Counted from the stretch's first letter, positions 8,963 through 19,405 are shown. The stretch is 64,000 nt of DNA from Candidatus Marinacidobacterales bacterium (GCA_965237955.1 OZ250169.1:2496001-2560000); one strand, 5' to 3'. Numbers and translations are program-made. Notes: a model not told the origin generated them from the sequence alone.

Positions 8963-10648
8963 TTCCTGTCCAGAAACACCATAACTTGTGGTGTGCGACA
9001 GGCCTACCGAAGATGTGGGTATTATACGGTTTCGGTAGGGAACTTCGTAGGGTTGAGAGCGAATGAAAATCTTGGACGAAACGAGAGGCGAATCGTCAGG
9101 AATCCAAGGCTATGGGAGCGGAAGAGTAATAGTTATTATCTTAATAGATGTCTCGCCATCACCAGTAGATTGCAGGTGATGATGGAACCCCATACGTACG
9201 ATTTAAAAGAAGGCAATGAGCGCCATGTGCATCGGTCGAGACCAAAGACTCGTTTCAAGAACGAAATGACGCCTTCGATCCCGCAGCGAAATCGCCGCAG
9301 GCGTTGATAGACCCAGGAACTCTTGACCATATCGGTCACGGCGAAACCTTGAGCCTTGGTAAAGGCAACATCTTCAACTCCCTTGCCTTTGATGGCTTCC
9401 AAGTTTGCCTTTGAAGAAAACGCGCCATCGTAGGCGACCTGGCGCGGGGCCCGCTCGTAGAGTTCGACTAGACGGTCGATCATGGTTTCCGCGAGAGTTG
9501 AATCGGCCGGATTCCCATCCAAGATCACGCAATCCAAAATCATCGAGGACGAACCACCAGTCAGACACACCTTGTGACCGTAGAGGGTCTCGCGCCGGTC
9601 TTTGCGAATAATGTCGGTGTGTTCTTCGAAGACAGAAACGACCTTTTCCTCTGCAGGCACACGCTCTTCGTCGATCACTCGGCGTTGGGTTTGGTTGATG
9701 ACTTTCTTGGTGAGGACGAGAAAGTGCTCAAAATCCGAGGCGATCCTCTCCGTACTCGCTCGCTTCACAGGCTCGGTCAAGCCCGACTCTTCCAACTGTT
9801 CTACAACGCGTTGAGCGGAGCGATAGGTTGCTTCCGTCACCTTCAGTAGATCTCGATAGACGCGACGCCTTTGTTGCTTATCCTTCGCGTTCAGAACTCC
9901 CAGTCGACGTCTCTTCGCTCGACGCGTTCGATTGCCGAAGACCACTACTGTACCCAGCAGTTCGCGAGCTCCGCACATCAGGCGAGTGAGAACCCGAACA
10001 CAGTCATAAAGAAGCTCGGAGTCTGTAGGCGGATGAATGTTTGATTCCACTACCGTGCAGTCCACTCGTACTTTTCTTCCCTTTTCGATCCTAGCATCCT
10101 CGGCAACGCTCACCAGCTCTCGGTTGATCTGCTCCAGCGTTTCGAACTTCACGGCTTTGATGTTTGCTGCTAGGGTCGACTTCGACGGGGTCGGCTCTAT
10201 GATGCCGAGCTGGCAAAACGTCCGATAGCTTCGAGAGTCTGCCAAGTGAAACGCCAGCTCTCGATAGCTGAACTGATTCAGCTGCTTGACCAACAACGCC
10301 CGGAGAACCTGCTCCGCGCTCATTCCCCCACGACCAACATCGCTCCCTGCCGATGGGGTGACCGACTTCAGGTCTTGCAGTACCAGCTCATTGAGCTTAG
10401 GATGGGCATCGAGCAGCGACGAGATCGTTTCGAGTTCGCGTGCGTGCTCCAGCTCCAGCCAGGGCTCACGTAGATTTGGCTGTGGGTTGATCGTTTTTCG
10501 CATTTAGGGCTGGTCTCCTTTGGAGTTAAGTCATTTAGAATCGGATGTTTTCAACGACACGGTCCTAATCGACACCCCCTCAGAAGACTAGCCCTAAATT
10601 TGCGATTTCTCCTTTTTTCTCAATCCCTTACAGGCTTCAGGACGGGTA
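8963..10648 (-). mobile_element. IS element (ISNCY/IS5-like) with imperfect terminal inverted repeats
   Basis: Ends TTCCTGTCCAGAA / TTCAGGACGGGTA flanked by identical CTAATTAG at 8955-8962 and 10649-10656; lower GC than flanks. Confidence 0.85.
9136..10503 (-). CDS. DDE transposase (ISNCY/IS5-like), apparently intact
   Basis: RVDCTVVESNIHPPTDS, AYDGAF and RCGIEGVISFLKR DDE motifs. Confidence 0.9.
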   Translation of the reverse strand: MRKTINPQPNLREPWLELEHARELETISSLLDAHPKLNELVLQDLKSVTPSAGSDVGRGGMSAEQVLRALLVKQLNQFSYRELAFHLADSRSYRTFCQLGIIEPTPSKSTLAANIKAVKFETLEQINRELVSVAEDARIEKGRKVRVDCTVVESNIHPPTDSELLYDCVRVLTRLMCGARELLGTVVVFGNRTRRAKRRRLGVLNAKDKQQRRRVYRDLLKVTEATYRSAQRVVEQLEESGLTEPVKRASTERIASDFEHFLVLTKKVINQTQRRVIDEERVPAEEKVVSVFEEHTDIIRKDRRETLYGHKVCLTGGSSSMILDCVILDGNPADSTLAETMIDRLVELYERAPRQVAYDGAFSSKANLEAIKGKGVEDVAFTKAQGFAVTDMVKSSWVYQRLRRFRCGIEGVISFLKRVFGLDRCTWRSLPSFKSYVWGSIITCNLLVMARHLLR

Positions 10649-10816
10649 CTAATTAGTGACGATTTCCAGCCCGCCAAACCTCCCTGCCGGGTAGATTTTC
10701 TTGGCATGAGCCGCATCGACAGGGTTCACGCTGCCAACGAGCCGCGGGGTTAGACTGGTAGTATCGATGAACTTTCAGGAGACGCTCCGGCGTCGGTTCA
10801 AACTGGAAGACGATTG

Positions 10817-11071
10817 ATGCCGGTGCGAAAGTTTCGCAACCTGAAGGATATGGAGGATTCTCTGTGGCGGTCGCCGGACGACCCCTCGTTGTCGGTTGCC
10901 ATCGCTCGGGTCTGGGATTTCGCAGACCGCGTCTCCGAGCGCCACTTTCCGCCCGGTGTGCACAAGCATCGATCCATCGAGGAAGCACAGGAGCTCCGCG
11001 ACCGCTGGGAAGAAGCGAACTTTCAGAGATATTGGGCGAGCAAAAAACCCGCTAAGAAGACGGTTCGCTAG
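10817..11071 (+). CDS. Small conserved hypothetical protein (MPVRKFR...FPPGVHKHRSIEEA)
   Basis: Resembles small proteins I recall downstream of nucleotidyltransferase genes; TGATG-coupled to a 16-codon remnant ORF. Confidence 0.6.
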   Translation: MPVRKFRNLKDMEDSLWRSPDDPSLSVAIARVWDFADRVSERHFPPGVHKHRSIEEAQELRDRWEEANFQRYWASKKPAKKTVR

Positions 11072-11102
11072 CGGTCGCCGCTGCTGCTCGGACGCGCTGA
11101 GC

Positions 11103-12191
11103 CTAGACTTCGACGGCGATGGGGGTCGGCTTTTTCGTCACCGCGCAGTGGCGGCAGATGGGTTCGCCTTCTTTACCGTCGCGGTCCCAGGTGCGCTCGC
11201 GGTGGGCGCGGCGTAGTCGATCGAAATTCTCACTGGCCCAGGTGTCTTGAATGCTCTGCGTGCCGGGGACCACCGCGCCGCCATCGATCTCGAGCGTGAA
11301 CCCCTGGCAGCACGGCATCGTGTGCTTGCCGTCCCAGGTCACGACCATGCGCCGGAACGGATCCGGACATTGGAACTCGTCCGCGCTGAGCGACGACCAC
11401 TCGGCGGCTTTCCACTGGTGCGTGGCGCCGGCGGGAAAGTAGCACTCGCTGATGGACATCCAATCGACGCCCATCTCGTTCTTCCAGAACGATTCCATCC
11501 GTCCGCCATCGACATCGGCCGCGTTCAAGAACGTTCGCACGACCGAGGCGCGAATGCGACAGTCGGGTGCACTCTTACCTTGCGCGCGGGCCTCGACGGC
11601 ACTTCGTACCGAGTGCAGCAGAATGTCCCATTCACCGCCGACTCGCTGTTTGGCGTAGCTCTCGGCATCCGCGGCGTCGACCGAGAACATCAAATCGGTG
11701 ATGCCCGCTTCGACGAGCTCGGCGAAGAGCTCGGGGCGAGTGCGCGCGCGGCCGTTCCCGTTGGTGTTCATCATGATGTCGGGGAAGCCGTGATCGGCGG
11801 CCTGGCTGACGAAGGACACGATCTCCGGATGGAGCGAGGGCTCGCCACGGTAGTTGAGCTTGATCGAGCTCACACCCATATCGGCGCACTGTTGCAATAG
11901 GACCTTGTAGAGCTTCGGGTCCATGTAGCCCCTTTGATACGTATGCTCGTCGAACCCGAGCTTCCGGATGTGCTCGTGGGTCCAAATCTGGCAAAACCCC
12001 TGCGGATCTTCTTCGGAGCTCCCGCAGCGCAGATCGCACACCGCCACCGACTCGAGGTCGACGTGGACGGGGTGGTTGGAGCCGTCGAGCTCGGCGCCGC
12101 GCCGGTCCCACTCGCGCCGGTAGGCTTCGTAGCGCTCGCTGCGATCCGACGGGGCATTCCCGAGAATCCGGAAAGTAGGGTCTTGGCTCAT
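11103..12191 (-). CDS. Radical SAM protein with SPASM/Twitch domain
   Basis: CDLRC(x10)C, RGEPSLHP, MMNTNG, FSVDA; C-terminal CPDPF...DGK...PCC...CRHC. Confidence 0.85.
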   Translation of the reverse strand: MSQDPTFRILGNAPSDRSERYEAYRREWDRRGAELDGSNHPVHVDLESVAVCDLRCGSSEEDPQGFCQIWTHEHIRKLGFDEHTYQRGYMDPKLYKVLLQQCADMGVSSIKLNYRGEPSLHPEIVSFVSQAADHGFPDIMMNTNGNGRARTRPELFAELVEAGITDLMFSVDAADAESYAKQRVGGEWDILLHSVRSAVEARAQGKSAPDCRIRASVVRTFLNAADVDGGRMESFWKNEMGVDWMSISECYFPAGATHQWKAAEWSSLSADEFQCPDPFRRMVVTWDGKHTMPCCQGFTLEIDGGAVVPGTQSIQDTWASENFDRLRRAHRERTWDRDGKEGEPICRHCAVTKKPTPIAVEV

Positions 12192-12245
12192 CCGCCGTAT
12201 TCTAGCGTGGGGTGAGGGCTGCGGCCATCGACCGTTGGACTCGGT

Positions 12246-13165
12246 TCAGAAAGACGTTCCCGTGGTCACGGCGCGCCACGCGCGTGCCAGGCTCTCCGTC
12301 GGAAGCCAAACCGTTGGATAGCGTTGCTCGGGGGCGTCCGCTGCCGCCGTGCAATGATTCGATGTTGGATCGCAGACAAAGCCGTCGCTCAGCTTCAGCG
12401 CGCGCAATGCGGGCGTTGTCGGCAGACGCAGTGCGATGAGCTCTTCGTAAAACAGCGCCGCCATCTCGCGCGCCACGTCGGGCTCCTCCACGAGCGCCCA
12501 AAGCGCACGTGCCCTGCGGTTGATGGAGTAGATTCCGCGGATGATGTCATTGCGGAACGCGAGATCGTTTTCGCCGATGAAGAACAACCCCGGTACCTCG
12601 CGTGCCGCTTCGTCGGCGACCGCCGAGTAGTAGATACCGCCTTTGTTGACGACGAAAACGATGACCCGCTCTGGCTTCCACAGCGCAAGCTCATAGTTGA
12701 ACTCACCACCGGCCGACATGCCCCACAAAAGAAGCAGGGCGCTCGCGAGCTCGGAATGATCGGCATCTCTCCGAGGCGGCTCAGAGCGTCGAGAAAAGCC
12801 TGAGCGCTGCCCTCGCTGACCTCGACGTAGTGCTCGATGAACGTGTCGTCGTGCCGCTTGTCGGTGGGATAGACGCCCACGAGGCCGAGCCGGTGGCGCA
12901 CCGCGAGTTGTTGCCAGAACGGAGTCTCGACCTGATCTCTTCCGTCGCCATTCGACCCCGGTACGAGGACGAGGACAGCTTCGAGCGTCTCGACGTCTTT
13001 GGGAAGCCACAACCGGAATGCCGCACGTGCGAAGTTTTTTCCCGGCGGCATCTCGACATCGTGTGTCCCAGCGCTCGCGGGTTGAATCGTCGCCCCAGAG
13101 AAACTCAAAGCCAAACTCAAAGCCGCGGCAACCAGGAACGACTCGATGAGACTGCGTCTTTTCAC
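12246..13165 (-). pseudogene. Secreted alpha/beta hydrolase, frameshifted
   Basis: Signal peptide and LVPGSNGDG in one frame; WGMSAGG nucleophile elbow in another; shift near 12760. Confidence 0.7.
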
Positions 13166-13327
13166 GAGATAAGAGACCTTCCTTCTCCAGCAGAACGACT
13201 CGAGAGCGTGATGCTACCAGAAAAAAGGAAGACGCTGGGCGGACCAAACAGCTTGGAAGTGTGCAGAAAAGAAACAAATAAATCAACGTAAGTTATTGTA
13301 ATAAAAGATGTTGCTGTTTGCCCGGAG

Positions 13328-13356
13328 TTGACTTACACTAATTATCCACCTATGAT
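13328..13356 (+). promoter_or_regulatory. sigma70-type promoter of HNH gene
   Basis: TTGACT-17bp-TATGAT followed by RBS GAAGGAGG near 13384-13390. Confidence 0.7.
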
Positions 13357-13390
13357 GAGGTCGTCTTCGAAATATTCATTCTGAAGGAGG

Positions 13391-14497
13391 ATGGTGATGG
13401 CGAGCCCGGCTACTGTTACTGAGACGTGTCTGCTCACGGAAAAAGACCTCGAGATGGAGGGGGGCTTGAAAGCGATGGAGGTCCACGGTCGGCTCGTTCT
13501 CTTGGCACGCGTGGATCGCAGGGTCGAATCCGTGCTGTGCTTCTACCTTCAGGAAGTCGAAGAGCGAGGGCTCTACATCGACTACGGCCACGCCTGCACG
13601 GTCGACTACGCACGCGAGTGTCTTGGCTTCGAGGATCGCAAGACCCGAACGCTTCTGCATCTGGCCTGTCGCTTCAAAGAACTGCCGAAGATGAAAGAGT
13701 CCTTCAGCCGTGGAGAGATCCCGTACACGAAAGCGAGAGAGGCTGTCAAAGTCGCCACGGCGAAGAACGAAGACGAATGGATCGACAAGTGTAAAAAGCT
13801 GAGCAACCGCCAGCTAGAACAAGCGGTCAAGAAAGAACTGCCCCCGCAGAAGTCGCGAACCCTCGTGCTCGTCCTTGACGAAGAGCGCATCGAGACGTGA
13901 GAGCGGACGCGCGAAGCGATGGAAAAACTCGCGGGCAAAACGCTCACCGACATCGAAGTCTTCGATCTCACGTGTGCCGAGTCGCTGTGCACGTACGATC
14001 TCACGCCGCCCTTGGGCGATCCCAGCGCGCCGATGGGCGGGTATGTCGCCAAAGTCATCGAGCGGGATGGGTTTTTATGCCAGCGGCCCGGTTGCAGCAA
14101 TCGCACCGCGCTGACGGGTAGCCATATCAAATCGCGTGGGCGGGGCGGCTCCGAGGAACCGGTGAACCTTCTCACGCTCTGCATGGTGTGCCACACCGCG
14201 ATCGAACGAGGGGTGCTGAAGGCGACGGGCCGCGCGCCGGACCAGATCACGTGGGAGGGGCCGTTCGGTGTGATCGAAGAGCCGCTCGAAGCCGCTAGCG
14301 AGGAAGTCACCTCCGGTGAAGCTCAATACGAAGACGTTCGGGACGAACCCACGCTTCTCGTAAGAGAAACTGCACCGGGCTACGGTGACCGGAGCTTTGA
14401 CTCACGTGAGTCATCGCTCGGGATGTCGCGTGCCTCACGTGAGTCACGCCTCGCGATCGAATGGGACAGCATGAACAGGCATCCTGCGCCTCCTTGA
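13391..14497 (+). pseudogene. DUF222-like/HNH endonuclease with an internal TGA
   Basis: GEIPYTKARE N-terminal region; ERDGFLCQRPGC..HI..RGG..NLLTLCMVCH HNH motif; in-frame TGA at 13898-13900 between same-frame ORFs. Confidence 0.8.
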
Positions 14498-14499
14498 GT

Positions 14500-14757
14500 T
14501 CATTCACCGAGATTTGAAGCCGGCGAACATCAAAATCGGGCGAATGGAGAGATCAAAATTCCTGGACTCCGGCCTAGCCAAGGTCGCCGAAGCGGAAACG
14601 GGATCCTACCTCTGGCGGCGGCGACTCGCACTCCCCCACCACGTTGACCAAAGGTACGGCCTTGGGTGCCATCCTGGGCACGGCCTCGTACATGAGCCCC
14701 GAGCAGGCGCGCGGGAAACCGGTCGACAAGCAGACGGACATCTGGGCGCTCGGATGC
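14500..14757 (+). pseudogene. Ser/Thr kinase internal fragment
   Basis: IHRDLKPANIKI, (D)SGLAK and ILGTASYMSPEQARGKPVDKQTDIWALG read across frameshifts. Confidence 0.8.
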
Positions 14758-15137
14758 TGACCCCGTTCGGCATCATCATGACTGGCATCGGCGTGATATC
14801 GCTGGCCGGCATGTTGGTGAACAAGGCGATCGTGTTGTGCGATTTCATCCGCCAGCTTCGTGACAGCGGGATGGAAAAGACCAAGGCGGTTATCGAGGCC
14901 GGTGTCATCCGTCTTCGGCCGCTGTTGTTGACGGCGGTGACCACGGTACTTGGGCTCATCCCGTTGACGCTCGGGATCAGCCTGGATTTCTTTACCGGTA
15001 CCAGGGGGGGCAGTCTTCGTAGTGTTGGGGGCCCATGGGGGTGGCGGTGATCTCGGGGCTTACGGTGGCTACAGTGTTGACGCTTGTTGTGGTGCCGGTG
15101 ACGTACCACAGTCTGGATTCGTTATCGGGGCTTCTTA
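14754..15137 (+). pseudogene. RND (AcrB-family) permease C-terminal fragment, interrupted by ISAzo13
   Basis: GVISLAGMLVNKAIVLCDFI and RLRPLLLTAVTTVLGLIPL; frameshifted. Confidence 0.8.
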
Positions 15138-17063
15138 GGGCCGGCGACAAAATAAGTTCCCGTTTTCAAGACGGTCGGATGGTGTAGTTCCATTTGGGTA
15201 GAGTCTGGTCCTTTGTAACGGAAAGCGCCTGCATCCGCTCGTCAGTGATTTTGACGCCCTTCGGATAACGACGCCGGATAAGGTGTGCGCGTACTCGCAA
15301 ACCGGAAGAGGTGGTGGTCGTGCGGATGTATTTGAGGATGGTTTCGTAGCTGTCGAGAGGCCTGCCCGCCCAGTTCTTGCTGATCTCGCTGAACAGACGG
15401 TGCTCCACTGGATTCCACTTGGATGTACCGGACGGATAGTGGGCTATGGTGATAGCGATGTCGTGGCGATTGCAAATCCGCGTTTGAAGCCCGTGCTTCC
15501 AACCCCGACACCGATAGCCATTGCTGCCCCCGGCGTCTGCCAATATCGCGAGGTCACGGGCTGCAGGATAGCGTCGCCGTCCTTCCGTTCGCCACCACTT
15601 CTCGATGGCATTCACGGCGAAGTCCGGGGTGTTGTACGAGGTACCAATGAACACTGTCCCGCGGTTCGCGAGCAGATCGTAGACGCCGTAGGGGATTGCG
15701 ATGCCGTTCGATTCGGAACGGAAGTCATGGTCTTTGACGAGAGTCGGCTCGCGGTTCCAGGCCTGCCCGCCGTTTTTGAATAATCCCACCAGCTCCCGTT
15801 TCTTCGTGTCTACGCTGATGATGGGATGACCAGCTGCGGCAAAACGCTCGCGCAGTTCGGCGATACACGCGAATTGGGTATCGCGATCTTCGGACGTGGC
15901 ACCGCACAGCTTCTTGTGGTTCACCCGCAACGAGAAGCCGAGCTGTTTGAGCAGTCGACCGACGGTTTTGCTGCTGACGTTCACACTGAGGCTTCTTAGC
16001 TCGCAAGCAATCTTGTCGGTGGTCCGCCGCGTCCATTTCACTCCCGTCATCGGATCGCCCGCGGTGTCGTGCTTCATGAGTTCTTCGATCTTGGCGATGA
16101 CTTCTGGCGTTTTTTTTGCACGGCGCGCCGTCCGCCACCCTTTCGCCGAACTCCGTCGAGCTCAACATCTCTCATTAGCAATTCCCTACGACCTCTGGCT
16201 ACCGTGCTCGGATCCATCCCGAGCAGTTCGGCAATCTGTTGGTCGCCACCGTGACCGAGCTTCATGGCCTCGACCCCCGCGTAGAGACGGCGCTGCTTTT
16301 CATCGAGCAGGCTGTAGAAAAGAACGATCGCAGCCTTCAACTCCACGGGGAGCACGCGGACTCCCCCGACCCAGCCCAACGTGGAAGGTGACGCCTCATG
16401 TACCTGGCGGGCCGAGAGCTGTTGCTTGCGCGTGCTCACATCGGTGGCCAGATACAGATATCGGCCGAACACCTGCTCGCGCGCCAATCTTTTCTCTCGG
16501 ACCAGTTTCAACAGAGGAGCCTTGACGTCAACCTGCACCTCGTCCTCGAGCTCGTCGACGTAGTAGCCTGCCTCACAGGCCGCGACCAACGCTTTTACCG
16601 TCGCAAGCAACGTCCCGTACTTCGAGAACCACACTGAGCGCAACGACCAAAGACCTTTTCGATCGAACTGGGCGATCTCGTCCAACGTGTAGTAGCTACC
16701 ACGGTGGGAGTAGCTTGTCCGATACGCCAACTCATTGAGCTTTCGGAAGACGGTCGAGTCCACATCGGTACCCAACACTGCCTTCAAATCATCGAGGGTA
16801 GCTATTTTGTGCTTCCTCAACAGGCGGTCGAGATCTTCAGACTGATAGCTCGTAGGTCTCATAATAGGAGAAGTGCTCCTTGATAGGCGTAATCCTCCCT
16901 AAAATGAGGACCGTTTGTCAAACACGCGCTGGTTGCTGAAGATCTACAAATGTTCCGTTTCTAGGGAGCTTGCCAGGCTCTCGTGATGCCAGACGACATC
17001 GCGATCACGACCTGAAACAGGAAGAGTGTGCTCAAAACTAGACAGTTATTTTGTCGGCGGCCC
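15138..17063 (-). mobile_element. ISAzo13-family insertion sequence
   Basis: IRs GGGCCGGCGACAAAATAA / TTATTTTGTCGGCGGCCC; TTA direct repeats at 15135-15137 and 17064-17066. Confidence 0.9.
15166..16862 (-). CDS. ISAzo13 transposase, two ORFs joined by a probable -1 frameshift
   Basis: ISVDTKKRELVG, ADAGGSNG, SKWNPVEHRLFS and WNYTI motifs; A8 run at 16110-16117 links GGGRRAVQK to KTPEVIAKIEEL. Confidence 0.85.
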
Positions 17064-17196
17064 TTAGTGGGCTCAAAGGCCGCGCTTGCGGGGACCGCGG
17101 TGAGGTTACGGGGAGCGCGGGCTTGGGAGTGCGGAGATCCATGCCAGGGAAGTAGCTGACGAAGCCTAGTGCCCAGGTACGATATAATCGGCGTTT

Positions 17197-17292
17197 GCCC
17201 TCACCCGCCCTCGCGGATGGCGGTATGAGGAAGAGGATGTTCCCTCACCCGCCCTCGCGGGGCTCGGGCACCCTCTCCCTCCGAGAGAGGGT
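17197..17292. repeat. REP-like repeat pair (CCCTCACCCGCCCTCGCGG x2 plus CCCTCTC/GAGAGGG hairpin)
   Basis: Direct repeat and palindrome visible in sequence. Confidence 0.6.
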
Positions 17293-17308
17293 GGATAAGG
17301 AAGAATTA

Positions 17309-17398
17309 GGAGGGGTGCAGGAGTGGCTTATTTGGCTAGCCCGGAAAGCTAGTGTACCGGCAACGGTACCGTGGGTTCGAATCCCACCCCCTCCGCCA
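17309..17398 (+). tRNA. tRNA-Ser(GGA)
   Basis: GGAGGGG/CCCCTCC acceptor stem, long variable arm, GGTTCGAATCC T-loop, encoded CCA. Confidence 0.93.
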
Positions 17399-17401
17399 TG
17401 T

Positions 17402-17513
17402 GTCCTGTGGCTCAGGCCCTGTGCGAATCGAGCCTGTGAACTCCGTCAGGCCCGGAAGGGAGCAGCGGTAAGCAGAGCCTTGATTGTGCCGCAGATCGCC
17501 TGAGCCGCGGGGC
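17402..17513 (+). ncRNA. ffs: SRP RNA (4.5S)
   Basis: GTCAGGCCCGGAAGGGAGCAGC core; closing stem; canonical position upstream of dnaX. Confidence 0.93.
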
Positions 17514-17536
17514 TCCAAATGGGTGGGGACCGTTTT

Positions 17537-17636
17537 TTAACGCAAAGACGCAAAGGCGCAAGGAAAAAGACCGATGTTCAAGCGTGCGGGACCGACTGGA
17601 CTCTGCGTCCTTGCGTCCTTGCGCTTTTGCGTTTAA
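17537..17636. repeat. Inverted octamer-repeat element (ACGCAAAG)n ... (CTTGCGTC)n
   Basis: Imperfect inverted arms with 8-nt periodicity. Confidence 0.65.
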
Positions 17637-17648
17637 TTTCTTTCTGTC

Positions 17649-19373
17649 ATGGCTTACGAAGTACTAGCGCTCAAGTATCGGCCGAAGGTCTTCGAAGACC
17701 TCGTGGGCCAGGAGACGGTGACGCGCACGCTCACGAGCGCCATCGAACAAGATCGGCTCGCGAACGCGTTCCTGTTTTCCGGTGTCCGCGGCGTGGGCAA
17801 GACCACCACCGCCCGCATTCTCGCGAAAGCACTGAACTGCCACCGTGGACCCACGGTTCGTCCTTGCGGCGAATGCCCTGCATGTAAGGAGATTGCCCGA
17901 GGAAGATCCCTCGACGTGCTCGAGATCGACGGCGCCAGCAACAACGGTGTCGAGCAGGTGCGGGAGATCATCGAAGGCTCCCGCTACGCGCCGTCACGCG
18001 ACCGCTTCAAGATCTACATCATCGACGAAGTCCACATGTTGTCGACGGCCGCGTTCAACGCCCTCCTCAAGACGCTCGAAGAGCCGCCGCCGGCGGTGAA
18101 GTTCATGTTCGCGACGACCGAGCATCACAAGATTCCCGATACGATCCTGTCCCGCTGCCAGGAGTTTGAGTTCCGCACGGTCGCTCCAACCGAGATCGCG
18201 GCACAGCTCCAGATGATCGCACAGGCGGAGAGCATCGAGATCTCCGAGGCCGCTCTGCGCACGCTGGCCCGCTCTGCGGCGGGGAGCTTGCGAGACGGTA
18301 TTTCCGCGCTCGACCAGATCATCGCTGCGACGGGCAACAGGATTGAAGAACAAGATGTCACCGAGCTTCTCGGGCTTATCGAACGTGATGTGTTGCGCCA
18401 GACGACCCGGGCGCTTATCGAGCAGGACACCGCGGCGCTCCTTTTGATCGTCGACGATCTATCGAAGAGCGGCCGCGACTACCGGTACTTCACGACCGCG
18501 ATGATGGGCTACCTCCGAGACGTTCTCGTCGCCAAGGTGGCTCCAGACGCATCCGAGCTCATGGAGCTTCCCGGTGAAACGTCCGAGCTTCAAGCGCTCG
18601 CCGAGGAGTTTTCCGAAGAAGACTTGCTACGGAACCTCGACGTGTTGACTCAAACCGAGACGGCACTGCGCAGGTCACCCGAGCCGCGGTTTCATCTCGA
18701 GATGGCGCTGTTGAAGCTCTCACAGCTTCGCCGGCTCGCGCCCTTCGAAGAACTGCTCGAACGGTTCGAGGCCCTGGTTTCGGGAAAGACACCCCCGCCA
18801 CCTTCCGGCTCGCCCGCTCAAGGGGGCAAGCCGGTTTCGAAACCGAAGGTCAAAACGGCACCACCGGCGACGCCCACGGCCCCGCTCGAGACCTTGTCCT
18901 CCAAGCGGACCGCGGAAGTGCCGCCCATCGGTGGGAACACTGAGCCTGCACCGCCGACGCCGATTCCGGCTGACGACCCCGATTTTTTCGGGCGCCTCGT
19001 CGAACAACTCAAGGCGTCGAAGCCGATGTTGCACGCGCTCGTTTCCCACAACGAGACCGTGCGTCTCGACGGCGACCGGTTGACACTGAGCTATCGCCCC
19101 GGTCAGAAAGTATTGGCGGAGCAACTTCAAGAAAAAGCGGTGAAAGAGCTCCTCGAGGAGCAAGCATCGAACCTTCTCGGCCGAAAACTCTCGGTGACGG
19201 TGGAGCTCACCCGTGAGGCAGAGCAGGCAGACGAGGTAGCACCGGGTGAACCGCCGGAGGAAGATGGCGGGTCTCGAACACTGCGCGAGCGCGCCGATCG
19301 CGATCCGCTGGTGCGCCAGTTCATCGATACCTTTCAAGGTGAGATCGAAAGCGTGCAAAAACCGGATGTCTAG
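17649..19373 (+). CDS. dnaX: DNA polymerase III gamma/tau
   Basis: KYRP..FEDLVGQ, GVRGVGKTT, Zn-finger cysteines, DEVHML, SRC. Confidence 0.97.
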   Translation: MAYEVLALKYRPKVFEDLVGQETVTRTLTSAIEQDRLANAFLFSGVRGVGKTTTARILAKALNCHRGPTVRPCGECPACKEIARGRSLDVLEIDGASNNGVEQVREIIEGSRYAPSRDRFKIYIIDEVHMLSTAAFNALLKTLEEPPPAVKFMFATTEHHKIPDTILSRCQEFEFRTVAPTEIAAQLQMIAQAESIEISEAALRTLARSAAGSLRDGISALDQIIAATGNRIEEQDVTELLGLIERDVLRQTTRALIEQDTAALLLIVDDLSKSGRDYRYFTTAMMGYLRDVLVAKVAPDASELMELPGETSELQALAEEFSEEDLLRNLDVLTQTETALRRSPEPRFHLEMALLKLSQLRRLAPFEELLERFEALVSGKTPPPPSGSPAQGGKPVSKPKVKTAPPATPTAPLETLSSKRTAEVPPIGGNTEPAPPTPIPADDPDFFGRLVEQLKASKPMLHALVSHNETVRLDGDRLTLSYRPGQKVLAEQLQEKAVKELLEEQASNLLGRKLSVTVELTREAEQADEVAPGEPPEEDGGSRTLRERADRDPLVRQFIDTFQGEIESVQKPDV

Positions 19374-19405
19374 AACGTAAATCCAAGTACCGTTTGGAGC
19401 AACCC

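Noticed and set aside
8963-10648. ISNCY-like transposase as mobiliser of the CTAG MITEs
   Set aside because: Ends are only loosely similar (TAGTTCCTGTCC versus TAGTCCCCTGTATC) and the flanking sites differ.
13190-13390. HEARO/omega-like guide RNA for the HNH gene
   Set aside because: The promoter lies about 35 nt from the start, no extensive structure is evident, and the protein lacks PLMP/RuvC features.
13898-13900. In-frame TGA as selenocysteine or genetic-code reassignment
   Set aside because: TGA ends many conserved genes here (livF, ybaB, pccB); a TGG-to-TGA mutation or error is simpler and no SECIS-like context was evident.
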